A DNA stretch of 61,550 bases, filler included, from Choristocarpus tenellus KU-1152 (taxonomy: Eukaryota; Protista; Phaeophyceae), in the NCBI GenBank assembly GCA_964200185.2. It is 9 parts of 9 records of this genome, joined end to end, with 100 filler letters (N's around TTAATTAATTAA, not from the genome) between each part and the next. Parts side by side here need not be neighbours in the genome. Positions count along the whole stretch, not along the records: positions 1 to 11,751 come from CAXNAD020002160.1; positions 11,852 to 22,130 come from CAXNAD020003020.1; 7 more parts are not named here. One strand, written 5' to 3'. Below, piece after piece: positions 1 through 13,783 of this stretch. The notes under the pieces are model-generated. The model saw nothing but the letters and a program-made list of their open reading frames with translations, made no database searches and was not told where the DNA came from. The translations under genes were made by a program, and so were the position numbers. The first letter of the stretch is position 1; the number at the start of each line of letters is the position of its first letter.

Positions 1-54
1 TATTCGCCGGTGGTTTATACCTCCTCTTCTACTTTTTTTATTTGGGGTGATGGG

Positions 55-225
55 GTTGGGGGGGGGGGGGGGGTGGCGGCTGTCCATTTGGGGCCAATTT
101 TTTCATGTCGTGATTTTAGGGTGATTTGGTTCCATATTTTGTTGGATGGATAATGAAAGTGCACTTTTCCTGGTTTTGGTCCAAATGGACATGGTGTAGA
201 CCCCCCCCCCCAGATACTTTGGGTC
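55..225 (+). mobile_element. ~180-bp MITE-like element (family A) with poly-G/poly-C arms
   Basis: Inverted gtccatttgg...ccaaatggac with terminal cagatactttgggtc. Related copies at 25215-25255, 33327-33504, 50267-50338 and 57183-57353. Confidence 0.75.
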
Positions 226-2561
226 TTTTCCAAGTTTCCGGGGGAAGACACTGTGTCGACTGTTGTACCCTCAAGCCATGAGGAATGTTGTGTTTTTATG
301 TTCTCAACAACATAATAAGGTACATCCCTACAGTGTAATAAAGCACAATGTATAAAAGAGGTTTTGATAGGATGCTAATGTGCCTTCCTCCTCCTCTCTC
401 TTTTCATTGTTGGTGTCTCAACTTCAGCGCATTGCTCTTAACTTGAAAGGACTTTGCACCACGCTCCACCTCTTCTTGGCTGCCAAGTATGTTTCTTTCT
501 GTAATTTAAAGTGTGTGATGTCAGGCCACGGTTTCATAAGACTAGGGGAATGAATCAGTGTCGATTGATTCATGTGATGCACTATTCATCCATCAAGTGG
601 TGACACAAATGCTTGGCTCACTCTCATGCGGCCGGCAACTTTAAAATGTCTAGATCAGATATTGGTGTCTATTGACAGCAAGCCTGTGGATGGATGCATC
701 CAGAGGTGGCTATTGTCAAAATATCTTATTGCACCTAAACACCAGCCTAGACTTCCTTCCCCCCTCCTTACTCCCAACTAGCCAACAATTACTTCACCGT
801 GTACATTTATTAACATGTTTTCGATGCGATGAACTTGCTTGGTTGGGGCAGTACATGACAGGACACACCAACAAGGGAGATGATTCACAATGCAGTCATG
901 TGTTCCAGTTCTCAACCACCCCTGAATGGATACACCACTACCATCAGTATTTTTTAGGTTTGAAGAAGTATTGGCAACAAATCCAGAATGTGGCGAATGG
1001 ACTAGTTGACATCACCTTTGATGTATCGCATTTGTGCATTGTGGAGGTGTCTATCAGAGGAAACCCCCTAAAATAATGTATATATATTTGGATTTGCTCA
1101 TAAATTTGCAACACCTCAGTATATGATCCAAGGCAACGAATCTCATATTAGGTGTGTGAAATACACACATATACAACTACTACTTTTCTACCTACTCATG
1201 TAGAGCTCACAGGATGTTGCAGAGAAGGGACTCTTTAGTCAGAATTACAATAGTGTTGGTAGGAAATATGAAACACGTACTGTGGATATCCCCTCTCCAC
1301 TCCACTAGCCATCAAAATCTTTCACAACTGAAGGGACCTAAGTATCATACTTTGAAGTGTTCCATGCTTGTGCTGGATCAGTCACGATTCTCTGCATCAT
1401 GCCAGAATCAACAAGACTCAAGACCAAAATTGTTTGACTTGCTCTTCAGTTTACCTACGTTTCAACACTATTCCAAAGGGCATGATGGTGTACATTTGAT
1501 GAGGCATACATACTAAGTGGAGCACTACACATCTGGTGGTACTGACTTGGTAAGGAATCTCCCAAGCATGTATCAACATATTACAGCCATTTTATTTCAG
1601 CTTTACACATTGAACCTATTACTGAAAAACTGACTGCCAAACTACTGAAGGTAGCAATATAGTGCAAAGGACATGATAGAAATATATAATAAAGCAACTA
1701 CATACATCTCCCCCCTGCCCAATATAGGTATGGCCTCAACTAAATCTACTCCATCCAAGGCAGTGTGGACCACTTTGTGCTCTAAGTTCATTACCTTCAG
1801 AAAATCCTTACTAAGCACAATCAGTACAACTCCAGCAGGGTTGTGAACTGACTGGAAGCGATTTTGAACATTAATAATAAAAAACAGTTGGCAACAAAAA
1901 TTAACTTTCTCAAGTGTTTTCTGAAGGTTTATGTAGTGCTTGAAATTTCTTGTACCATCACGTTTCACACATTACATACAGTTTTCCATTCTATTCGAGT
2001 AAGCATGAAGTTTTTGAAGTGAAAGTAATGTATACTATGTATCACAAAAAAGGTGATAATTTAAGATACCTCAGATATACTCTTGAAAATTTTACATTAA
2101 CATATTTCAGCGCAATGTCATTATTCAAGACAAAATTGATGTCATGACCACCCAATGTGTGAAGAAAACATGGAGGTCAAGGGAGAAGATCTTCACATTA
2201 AAGACGAGGTCAACATATATATAGATCATATTCATACCAGAGGTGCATGAACAAAACAGTAATGTACAAGAATGACAGTACAGAAATGTCATACCTGCAC
2301 TGCAGAGGCAAGGAGGCTAACTCGCAGTCTACTGCCTTACAATAAAAAAGCTCAGCCAAGTAGGGAGCACTATTGTTTTTATGTATTTTTATTTGTTATT
2401 AAACATTTCCTTTGATGGAGAGGGCCGATAGGAGCCCAGCTCGGTGGTACCCATGATAAGGAGATGAGACAAACAAGTGAAACTTGACATAGAGCTCTTG
2501 CATCACCCATGCCTGCCAACTACCCCCTCTAAGAGTATGATCAAGGCAGGATCAAAAGAAA

Positions 2562-5500
2562 TCAAGCCTTCTTCTTCATCTTCTCCATGAGTACCTGCTT
2601 CACAATCTTTTGCTCCTCGATCAGGAACGCCCGAACAATGCTGAGAGGAGAGAAGCAGGGTAGAACACATAGGCACATAAGGAGAATGTCAGCGCACTGA
2701 TAAGAGTAGTTAGTGTCTCCAGAGATATTGAGTGTGAGAGGATACATCTAAATGAATAGTAAGGAAATCTACTCCACAAATAGAAATGTAGTCAGAGAGT
2801 GCTGGGTGCTGTTTTCAACTCTGACAGTATCAATCTTCAACATGTGCACCACACCCAGTATCGTTCAAGGATTTGCCTTGACCAAACTTCACAACTGGCA
2901 TAAGGTCATAGACAGCTTTGCCTATGACAACAATGCACATAAACCTTTGCGTAAGCTTGAAATGTAAATGCAGAACTATGTCTATAAACCCAAGGCCCAT
3001 CAAATAGTAAGCACGACCCTCTCGATCATGCTTTGAATCTTGTCCAATTCCCACGATAGCTACACAATAATCCAGGTTTGGGTGTATTCTCCTGCATGAC
3101 TTTCCAATAGTTGTGAGGCAACTGTTCCCAATATTGAAGGAATGTCCACCAACAAACTACAGTAACTTCATTTTCATTTTTAAAGCGAGCAATTCAATTG
3201 CCAACTAGTGTGGCCTGCAAGTAACATTACTCCTGAAGATATCCAAAACACACTCACCAACAGGCACATTCTGTACTATGCTAGGCTTAGAGTCTTCACT
3301 GACACCATAACACCAGCATTGTAATGATAATTATAATTAAGATTTCAAAAACCAGGTGATGAAAAAAAATCACGTACCATCCAATAGGTGGAGTACCACA
3401 ATGACTACCCCCACTTTTTTTTAAATAACAGAGAGCATCATTTAGATTCACCACACAGTCACGTAACAGAACAAAATAGATCATGTCAGTAAATGCTGTT
3501 AACTCCATAATCCACCACTGGTGTGCCTCACAAAATTAATAATTTAATCCTCCAAATGCCACTCACTTTTGGTAGATGCGATGAGGGGGAGGAAACAAGC
3601 AACATACAAGACGGAATGCAATGGACCACAACAAGGTCTGCACTACTTGCAACAAAGCTCTATAAACAAGACAAACAAGACTTTAATGTTTGAAAACTAA
3701 TCAAAACCTACTACACCGTACTAACACTTCATACCCTACAAGTATCACCTGCAGCAGGACCACCTTAGATTCAATAGAGTCACACTTCAAATCAAACACC
3801 TACAACTTATGCCACTATGCCTAGTACAAGAAGGGTATAAAACCTCTACAGTACAAAAGAAAAGCCTTCCTGACCACTCAAACGCAAGGATGAAGTACAA
3901 ATAGCTCCTCCACCTTGATAAATTACCGTTTCAATAATGAAACCAGGAAGGACACATGGCCTATTGCTCTCACAACATTTATCACTCTGAGCATCGACAA
4001 TCGTAAAAGTGGTCTTTTCCTTTCTGTTATCTAAAATTCTAACCNNNNNNNNNNTACACTTTCTGATGTTAAATCTTTTTTCTTACTCCAGCATCGAAAA
4101 TAATAATAACAAGTACTCCAATTTGGAGTGGTGGTACATCATGTATGCCAAGGGCTCGCTGTCCTAAATCACGTTGTAGCCTCAAAACACAAATTATCGG
4201 ATCGCCTGACAAAAAAAACAAGCTGCCGATATTTATCTGAAATCGAGCACGAACTGTTGAGTCAAACAAGGTAACTGTAGAATGAAGAATAAAACCCCTT
4301 TTTATCAGACCTTCACTCAGAAGAAACTATCTGCACACTACCTACAACAAAGTTTCAAACATCACTGTGTGTGAGAATCAGCGAGCAGCACCCTCAATGA
4401 AATGAAACCAAGATTTCTGATAATCAAACAGCAAACACTCAAGCAAGCACACTTAAGAACTCGATGTGAAACAAAGACTCACCGCTGTCTCACACAGTTA
4501 GCGCAGAGAGATCCTCCATAGGAACGCGATACCGTCTTTTCCCTCTTCTTCAGGTTCTTGTACTGCTTGGGGCGAAGGTGCTTGATCTACACATGCAGGG
4601 CCAGCACAGAGGGAGGAAAGCTACATGATGCCCGGGAAGAAACACAATTCAAAACCGTACCAAGTACTGTAGTAAAAAAAAAGCATAGGCCTCCCTCCCT
4701 CCACTGGAGACGAGAAGCTGAAGTCACACTTCATGATTGAGAACTAAATTGTGCTCTAGGGACGGAGCATCCCTGGTTGGTGGATTGTAATTTATACATG
4801 ATACCCAATAGATTTTATTTTCCCCTATCGAGAATAGGTGACCTTCGCATGAACATACTCCCAACCTTGAGAAGTAACTTTGTGTCCTGGAAGACAATGA
4901 CGGATCTTAGGCTCTTAGAGTAACACATGCTGAATTTCAAACTTGTGGGCAACCATATCTTCCCACTCTGTGTGAGGTCACAGACACACCAGAAGTAAAA
5001 AAGTATACAGCAACCATCACCTAGTCAGACGATTCAGATTGTTTATTGCTTGATGGCCATTTAATACTTGCATGTACTCAATGGCAGCCGTTACTTCTAT
5101 ATTTCGTTTAGTTATACTAGACCGATGAGCAATAAGCTCTAATCAACCACAACTTTCTTCCAGGATCTGCAAAAAAATTTATGTTGCATTTTTTCTAATC
5201 AGCAAGGTATCCTTGAACCATGCTCAACACCAAGAACTATTTCAGTCACAAACCAAGTTCAAGTATTGTAACAAAAGCTCTTGTACGGACGGTACAAAAG
5301 TTACCCATTGGGCACGTTGCGTGAGTGAATAGTGGGGAGAATAAGTGCAAGGGGAAACGACTTCAAATTTCATCTACAACAGAACGCTACGAACTCAAGA
5401 GAGACCTCACCCCTGGCAGGCTGATGCTGCAGACCGCGCAGCGGGGTCCCTTGGCCTTCTTTTTGTGGTAGTGTGCCACAAGTTTCCCTCCAGGGGTCTT

Positions 5501-5575
5501 CACCACCTTGATCTTGTTGGACTTGGTGGCATAGGCGTGGCGCCTTTTGTAGGTAACACGCACATTACTCACCAT
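2562..5575 (-). CDS. RPL34: 60S ribosomal protein eL34, complete, 3 coding exons, 115 aa
   Basis: Minus-strand exons 5575-5411 (MVSNVRVTYKRRHAYATKSNK...KTPGG...CAVCSISLPG), 4586-4483 (IKHLRPKQYKNLKKREKTVSRSYGGSLCANCVRQ) and 2640-2562 (RIVRAFLIEEQKIVKQVLMEKMKKKA*). All junctions are GT-AG and phase-compatible. Motifs KTPGG, VSRxYGG and RIVRAFLIEEQKIV are diagnostic of eL34. Confidence 0.97.
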
Positions 5576-7011
5576 CTTAAGATAAGAAGGGGAGGCAAAA
5601 GTTTTAGTGTGAGAGCATTAACAGCCTATTAATCGATGTTATGCCTTACCAACTGTGAGACACAGGTTTTCGGATTTAACTTCAGTTGATGAAATACGGA
5701 CGTAATACTGAGGTTGCCAGGCATCTGCAACAGCATATGCTGTGCATTACCTCGTGCGAGGGGGTAGGGAGTCGGGGCAAATACACTGCTTTCATATTTC
5801 ACACCTTAGCGTAGGTACAACAGCATGGCATCCATCACACCCAAAGCAGTAGAGCTAGAAGCCCTTCTATCACGGTTTAGTCTGTCCGAGGAAGAGAATA
5901 CACCCATCGTATGTGATCTAACTCGCGATAGGATCAAACCCATATCGCGCAAGTCCCTACCACGACAAAATCACACCAGTAAACTGGACAAGTGCAGACT
6001 CCGACGTAAACACTCTTCTCCTCAATACTCAAAGCATCCGCTCAAGGGAAGGTTTTCCTAGCATTTCATTACGCAGCAACCTCTCTTCGATAACCTATGT
6101 CTCCTGAGAGCATGGTGGACTGATGTGAACCCTGGTAAATAACCAGACTTTCTGTTCATAGTTGTCTCCTTCATCAATGCATGGGGTTGACCTCTTCCTC
6201 GACCATCCACCCTATCATCCCTACAAAAGCTCTTGAATGAACAGTAGTTGAATATTTCCAACGCGTTCATCTGTTCCCATCCGTATTCTCAAGTGGCACC
6301 CAGAGTCCACGGTCGGCATTCGAATGTGCTGGTTAACTAGATCTCTTGAACCATTCCCCAAACCACTAATCTTCTATATCCTCCAAAGCACCATTAAGAG
6401 GTATTCACAGCAACAGGAGGCATGTGCGGTAAACTTTAGCTATAGGGATTATGATCTCACCTTTGCCTCAGCCGCCCTTGCCTCACCCTCCGGAAATGTG
6501 ATACGGACGGTCTCCTGCCACCCAGCCACCACTTTTCCACACAGGCACCAATCACGTAAAAACGCCTCCTTAAAAGGTTAAGAAACACATTCTCTTGTCC
6601 ATCTCACCCCTCTCAGTGAAAAGGGTCTGTGTCGGGAGAAAGGAAACAGCCTTTAGAAAGGTGAGGGACATTTGGAAAATCAAACACGGTGATATCTATA
6701 TCAATATCACAAAACTGAGAAAAACTGCACAGTTTAGGAGGAACAGAGTTGTGTGTAGTGCGACATCAAGTTGTATTTCGTCCTGCTCGTAACTGATAGT
6801 TGATGAAACAATCACTTCGTTGACTAGGCAACGCTAGCTCTCTAGCGCGATTCTCCCATTTATGTATCTGCATGGTCGTGGAGACTATGGTGACCTAAAA
6901 GTTACACTTTGATTTGCCCCTTTCCACTAGGGGTCTTTTCGCACAGATAACCGCAGTTTCTAGAGGAGGCAAGCCAAAGGAGATTTTCGGGATAACAGGA
7001 GTATCACGTAC
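5576..7011. promoter_or_regulatory. Divergent RPL34/ARIH1 intergenic region, including a probable RPL34 5'UTR intron
   Basis: The two start codons face away from each other 1.4 kb apart on one contig. On the minus strand a pyrimidine tract plus AAG directly precedes the RPL34 ATG. Candidate donor GTGAG at 6460-6456. Confidence 0.55.
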
Positions 7012-10000
7012 ATGATGGAGGATGAGAGGGGGGATGACGAGTATGACTATGAGTATGACGAGGATATCGATGAAGATGATATGGTACAAGGCCTGGGATC
7101 CCCGGGATCTACCGCTGGCGCAGTCAAGAATGTTGGGTCTTCGTCACAGCCTTCGTCTCATGTTGAAGGGGCGACCTCTAGCCTTTTGGACGATGGCGTA
7201 TCCATCATTGACGAGGAACAGCTGAAGAAGCTCATGTCTAAAGTGGTTTTTGATATCAGGTTGGTAAACTGTCTTATTGCCCCAATTTGTGGATAAATCC
7301 ATCTGTTGCACGATTCCCGCGCGTACATGCTGAATTTGTATCCTGCTTTTTTGCTTCGCTTTGCAACTTGGTCTAATCGATCATCCGTAATGAGACTCCG
7401 TGGAGATAGAGTCTCCCATTCGTTGTGGCAGCTACTTGGTTAGGGTGCCACATATATTTGTGGGCGCTAAATGCATTTTTGCTTACGACCTCCACGTGTG
7501 GTGCGCCTTACGCGTGTGCATCTCCCATTCTCACCTCAGCGACACAGTAAATATATCTGCCGATGCTGCAACTGCGCTTCTTCGGCATTTTTCGTGGAAC
7601 CGCGAGCGCCTATTTGACCAGGTGAATACCTATCCCCCGTAAGATTTTTTGGATTCCTTCGTTTGAAACGTAATATATCCTGGAGTCTGACTTTATTTGC
7701 CCGCCTTAAGGCTTTCTCGTATGTTGTCCACGGTTTCCCACCTGTACAAGCTTTGCCACAAAGTGTCACCCCAAAGGTCACATCTGTAGTTCCGTTGCAC
7801 CTGCACAACTACTATCTAGTTGTGAATAATGATAAGGATCGTTGAAGTACAGGGTAAGAATATAGTCAAACTGTGTGCAGTAGTTTTGAACACAAAATGT
7901 ATGCATAATGTCAGCCCAATACATGCGCCTCCAGCCCCTTCTATCTCCCTTTTGAATAATGTGAAGTATTTCTGCGTGGTTGTGATGGTTCTGCTGCCTC
8001 GTGTCATTCCGGTCCTATCTCCCATCTATTGAGACATCACAACTTTGCCTTTTCTGTTTATCACTGCTAACAAATCTCCAGTTCTATTCTTCTCCAGAGT
8101 CAGTGATAGAAAAGGTTGGGATTGGACTGGACGGCCAGGAGGCGGCCTCACTATCTAAGAACCAGGTCCTCATGTGTCGCATCTGTTGTGATGTAGTGAA
8201 GGGAGTGGATGCTTTTGCTCTAGCTTGTCAGCACTACTTTTGCAAAGGATGCTGGAGAGGATACCTCGCGTCCAAGGTGAAGAGGGGGGGTGGGAGGGTA
8301 TTATATATTTCTTGTCCACATTTTTCTTTCATTACCTCTTCAGTGTGGCCCCTCAATTTTCTGCACTTGTAATGCGGTGTCTCCGTATCGCATAGGATTC
8401 TTTTTGTTCTTACATGTTTGGATTTATTAGGTGCCCCAAGGAATTATTTACATTCTAACAAATTGTTGTGACTTGGTCTTAGTTACTGCTGCATGTCAAG
8501 TCAAATCTGTGTATTTTTTTGTGGCAATGGTTCCGCAATAATGTAGGTAGCGTGGTAATATTCCGTAATTTCATGGATACATCAAACTATAGTCAGTTAT
8601 TTGGAGTGATAATTGATACTTTCATTCCTCTGCCCGAGAAAAAAAAATCTCTGTTCAGCACCGACTCAAACAGATTGCATGGATGAAAAAACTGTTCAAA
8701 CTGATACTGAACAGAGGAAGTAATACTTGATATCTTGTAAAATGAGAATCGGTAACAATATATTCAGCTGCATCCATATCTCAGGATCAATTTCCTTGTA
8801 CAGAAATTCACTGACAGAAATTGATGAGCGACAAATGCAAAAATTCACTGGGTGTAAACCTACTTTTGTGTCTTTATACAGGCGGTGAGATAAGTACTGT
8901 TATTGTGATGAGGTTGCCAAGAATTCGGTTGCTTAAGAAAAAAGAACCTGTTGTTGGAGGGTTTATTGCCCTTAAAGAGAGGTATTTGGGCCTCAAAACA
9001 CTTAGCCCTAGGACATACGCCTTACTGCATGCATGAATATATTTTTTTACTTGTGTTATACTTAGTCTCGCTCTGTGTACACCTATTTTCCGGTCAACAC
9101 GTTGGCACTCAACTGATATTAATCAGAAAGTGTATCCCGTGCTATCTCACAATACTCCGACATTTTGTGTTAACTGAACCTGAGCTGTGGTTACTTTCTT
9201 CAGGAGTGTGCCTGCACTTTTTTTGCAAGTTGATGTTTCCTTTTTGATGGAGGTAATGGGGTGGTGACAGATAACAATGACACAGGGTAGAGCTAAGTTA
9301 AAGGGTTGTTAGCATGCAAGTCGTGGAGTGTCATGACCTGCCATTAAATTTAATAACAATATGAAGTAACTGTGGTTTGACTATTGAATTGAAGCGGGGG
9401 ATTGGAGTAGACTCAGGCTGACACGAAGTGGAAATGGTGTCAGCAGCATGAAGTATGATACAATATGTTATGTGCATTGGCCAATGGAGATGAAAAATGG
9501 AAGAAATGAGCTAGCTAAGGTGTTTTATACGTTAACTTTTTGTGGATAGAGAGTCACCTTTTTAATAATGTGTTCCTGACCATTAGGTGGGATAGTGTCA
9601 TTTGATTTGACTCTGAATATGTCACTACTGCTCTGTCCTACACAGGTGAGTGTGTGTACTGTCAGCTATTGTGTCATATCCCTTTCTACTGGGAATAATA
9701 TCCCCTCTTTCCTCTATCCCTTTTCTCTAAGGTCTCTGAAGGCCCAACCTGTGTATACACAACTTGCCCTGAGCACAAGTGCCCGCAGATTGTAAGTGAG
9801 GCTGTCTTCAAAGATTTCTTGTCAGAAGAAGAGCTTGTTCAATACCGCCGCTTCTCCTTGTCAAGTTTTGTGGATATCAACAAAACCCTGCGCTTTTGTC
9901 CGGGGAAGGACTGTGGGATGGTGGTGAAGGCACCACTGAGTTGCCCGCGAGTGCGGTGTCGCTGTGGGGCAGTCTTCTGCTTCAAGTGTGGTGAAGAGAC

Positions 10001-11367
10001 ACATGAACCGGCGTCGTGTGCAGAGCTCGAGGCGTGGAAAGAGAAGTGCCAGAATGAGAGTGAGACAGCCAACTGGATAGTGGCAAACACCAAGCAGTGC
10101 CCAAAGTGCAAGACACGCATTGAGAAGAACCAGGGGTGCAACCACATGACGTGCCGGCAATGCAAGGGTGAATTCTGCTGGATTTGCTTGGGGGAGTGGT
10201 CAGAGCATGGCTCCACCACAGGGGGATACTACAAGTGCAACAAGTACAACTCGAAGGATGCCGGAGATAGTGCTGTGGCCCGAGCCAAGGGCGAACTGGA
10301 CCGCTACCTACACTACGGACAGAGGTATGTGGCCCTCAAATGTGCAGAATGTGCATTCATTGGATGAGGAGGAGAGAATGAAGGAAGTGTGTATCCATAC
10401 ATCAAAGTTGGTAGATCTTGTTGCTTTCATAGACACTTCATGTTTGTTTTTGTCAAGCCACTCATGTTGATGTGCACTCGATGCTCCTTGTTGGGTTCAC
10501 TGCACCATGTGAGCACCGTCTGTCACCTCCCCCCACCAGAACCTTGCCCAATGATCCTCAAGTTGTCCCCTCGTCTACATACTGCTTGCTCTCACCATGA
10601 CTGTGAGTTGCTGAATATTTTCGATGTTTTTGCCGCCTGTCCTGTTCCCCAGTGGGCGGTTAGATTTTTGATTGTCCAAATGTATAAGTATGTGTTGTGT
10701 GTGCACCATAATAGATGGAAGCTATAAATTTCCCTCAAGCCAAATGTGTGCCACTTTTATATCAAAAATCTCATTGGTATTAATTGTCCCATCTGGACAG
10801 TAAGTTAGGTGTGTTTTGTATGTGGGACAAGAGCAAATATCCGCTGTTGATTTTCCGTAGTTGGCAATGAAAATATATGGTGCTGTCCTTGTCCGCCAAA
10901 TACCATACAACAAACCAAAACAAATTCCTGCAAGTATTTTCAGTACCAAGGGGGGTGTATCATGCGCGTCTCATGAGCAAAATCCTGGATCTCTCTCTTT
11001 TGCTTTTTCTTGTTTATCGTGCTTCCTACTTAAGAGTTGGTATTCACTGTCATTCTGCAGTTGGACCCTTGAAAGAGATATGTTATACTTACTATACAGC
11101 AGACTGTTTATTGAGAAGTTTCTCAGTGTAGCCCTTGAGTAGACTTGTCCTTCATGGTCATGCCTACCTCCCTTTCCCTCCTGATCCTTTCCCGCCCTCA
11201 CCCAGGTATCAGGCGCATCACCTCTCCCAGCAAATGGCAGAGAAGCACCAGGATGCCACCGAGGCAAGAATGATCGCGCTGCAGGAGACCTCATCTGCTG
11301 CCTGGATTGATGTGCAGTTCCTTAAGACAGCAATGGAACAGCTCATTGAGTGTCGCCGTGTTCTCAA
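7012..11367 (+). CDS. ARIH1: Ariadne-family RBR E3 ubiquitin ligase (ARIH1/ARI-like), 3' end lost at contig break
   Basis: Exons 7012-7259, 7540-7621, 8082-8276, 9732-10324, 11206-11367, with canonical donors and compatible phases. Acidic N-terminus, UBA-like LLRHFSWNRERL, RING1 (CRICC...CQHYFCKGCW), IBR (CPGKDC...CRCGAVFCFKC...HEPASC), RING2 (CPKCKTRIEKNQGCNHMTC, catalytic Cys) and Ariadne domain (ELDRYLHY...LIECRRVLK). Confidence 0.95.
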
Positions 11368-11751
11368 GTGAGCTGGCCAACCAGTCCCACGCCCCCCTTC
11401 TCTGCTTCCCTGTGCACGCACTTGCATCCCCGCCTCTCCCCTTTTCCTGGATTTGTAAAGGATTACATCAAGAGTTTTATCTGAAAACATGGAACGTAAA
11501 AAAGTATCAATGTTCTGTTGCAGGGCACACAAGGGTCAACATACAAGTGTTTCCGCAGCATCCCCAGACTGGATCAAGTGTCGTTGATCCATCATGAGTT
11601 TTCTTGATCATAGTGTGGTCTATGTATGGGGTGGGATGATGGATAAGTTTAGACGATACCTCTGTCAATTGTATGTGGACCACATTTAAAAAAAACAACC
11701 TGCAGTTCTCCGTGACAATGATGCCTCGAACATAATGCTCCCCCCCCCCCC

Positions 11752-11851
11752 NNNNNNNNNNNNNNNNNNNNNNNNNNNNNNNNNNNNNNNNNNNNTTAAT
11801 TAATTAANNNNNNNNNNNNNNNNNNNNNNNNNNNNNNNNNNNNNNNNNNNN
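11752..11851. other. Artificial contig-joining spacer (first of eight)
   Basis: N44-TTAATTAATTAA-N44, with stops in all six frames. Repeated at 22131, 25115, 28165, 30949, 33565, 50167 and 57058. Confidence 0.98.
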
Positions 11852-11893
11852 GAGGTGTGTGGGGGGTTGGGAGGGGATCGGGGAGGGGGGGGG

Positions 11894-11954
<61 letters not shown>

Positions 11955-12287
11955 GAGGAGGAGTTGAGAGGGGGCAGCAGTTGTGTGAAATTTCTGACTC
12001 CTGAGTGAGCACGGTCCTTCTATATGGTAAATAACCTTTATTGTTGAGAAGCAGCGTTAGTGCATTTAGTTAGCTTTTGTGGATGTAAATTTGAGGTTTA
12101 TGTTGACAAATGACACCTCTGCAGCACACAAAGACAGACATTTCCATTTGGTATTGATGTCTTTAGTAGGAGTGTCTAGAGGGGTGATTCTTTTCATGCC
12201 CATTGCCATTTCAGACACGTTATTCTAGTGTGTGGGGAGCTTTGTAGCCATGTGCCTCCTCCACTCACCACTCCCCCTCTACTAAGA

Positions 12288-12552
12288 TGTACTATTAGTA
12301 TATATGTATACTGTCATTCTATTCACCTAATAGTACTGTACTACTAGTATATATGTATATTGTTATTCTATTCACCTAATATTACTGTACTATTAGTATA
12401 TATGTATATTGTTATTATATTCACCTAATAGTATTGTACTGTTATTCTATGCACCCAATAGTACTGTACTATTAGTATATATGTATACTGTTATTCTATT
12501 CACCTAATAGTACTGTACTGTTATTCTATGCACCCAATAGTACTGTACTATT
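12288..12552. repeat. AT-rich tandem repeat, ~49-bp unit with truncated variants
   Basis: Repeated tgtactattagtatatatgtatactgttattctattcacctaatagtac. Confidence 0.85.
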
Positions 12553-13607
12553 TGGGAGGGGGGCAGGCAGGTGAATATTCAATGTATCATGCTAGCACAC
12601 CCTTGCTGGGGTGTTTTTACGGGAAGGGGAGGGCACACTTGGCTTCCCCTCCCCCTATTGATAATTGATTTTGAAAGGAGGCGATGACTGCTCTGTTTTG
12701 CTTGGTTTATGCTTTTGGAGGGCTTAATGTATGATAGGGGAGGGAAAAGCCTACCCAATGTACGGAAGGGGTAAGCACTGGATGTCCCTTCTTGTGTGGA
12801 ACCACACGGGGGTACAGTGCAGTACAGTGTGTACCTTTTTTGTGTTGAGGTTGCGATGGTGCATGGGGTTGATTCAATTCTACCGACAAGCAAGCTTATT
12901 ATCTAGTGAAAACCTTCCCTAGTGCCAAACAAATTCTGGACTTCTGTTGAGCGGTTTTTTAATCCATGTCCTGTGTAGCTGCTGCATAGGCCTAGCTTGG
13001 CCTTAGTGACTCCAAGCGAGGGATGACTCATTGTCTGTGGTATGGTGAACATTACTATTATTAATATTATTATTATATTAATATTATTATTCTTTGATGG
13101 TAACCGATTGTGAAGGGTCATAGTAATTGTATGGCGTTTTGTGTCTTAGCCCATCTCTTCTCGCTCAGCAAGAAAAATATTGTGTCGTGTATGTACCCTT
13201 TGTGTAGTGCCACCGTAACTGAAGTGAGATATACCTTTTGTTGTCCTCTGTTGTCGTTATTGCGGTTGTTGTTGGCAAATTGTTCCCGTGCGCTTCCAGA
13301 ACGTTCTCTATTTTCCGAATCAGAGAGGTGAAGAAACTTTTGGCCTTCATGGAGTGCTACACCCAGGCATGTCAACAACCAACAACCAACAACCAACCCC
13401 ACTCATGCATATTTTGAAAAACTCGAATGCCAAAATGCAGACTCAGTTGCAACACAGCATTGTAGATTTTTTTTTGTGTTTATGATTATATTATTATTAT
13501 TATTGTGGTTGAACAGGGTCATGCATGTATGTATTAGTAGCGTTTGTTGTAACAATAATGAAAATATTTGGAGGAGAGCTATCACAGGAGGAAAGGACCT
13601 CCACGTA

Positions 13608-13706
13608 TTGTGAAAAGTGACTGACTACTACTAATAATAATATATTATTGAAAAGTGACTGACTACTAATAATAATATATATTATTGAAAAGTGACTGAC
13701 TACTGT
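13608..13706. repeat. Short tandem array, ~3 copies
   Basis: Repeated gaaaagtgactgactactaataataatatattatt. Confidence 0.8.
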
Positions 13707-13783
13707 ATTAATGGTGTCACTTCGGGATGATGACCCTAACGTGTTTTCCAATATCCTGCTTTTTCTTTCACAGGATTTTTCTT

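Noticed and set aside
2641-6460. Intronic C/D-box snoRNAs in RPL34 introns
   Set aside because: Only non-canonical C boxes were seen (e.g. GTGATGT near 4360 with CTGA ~60 nt downstream). No convincing terminal stem or rRNA guide by eye; snoscan or Infernal would be needed.
8648-8717. Intronic hairpin as a pre-miRNA
   Set aside because: Only ~10 bp pair perfectly; more likely an old inverted-repeat remnant.
9839-10219. Antisense ORFs over ARIH1 and other real exons
   Set aside because: They are shadow ORFs of coding sequence with no independent motifs.
11852-11955. Poly-Pro/poly-Gly ORFs (also 15335-15679 and 16102-16482)
   Set aside because: These are translations of poly-G and (CA)n tracts next to assembly gaps.
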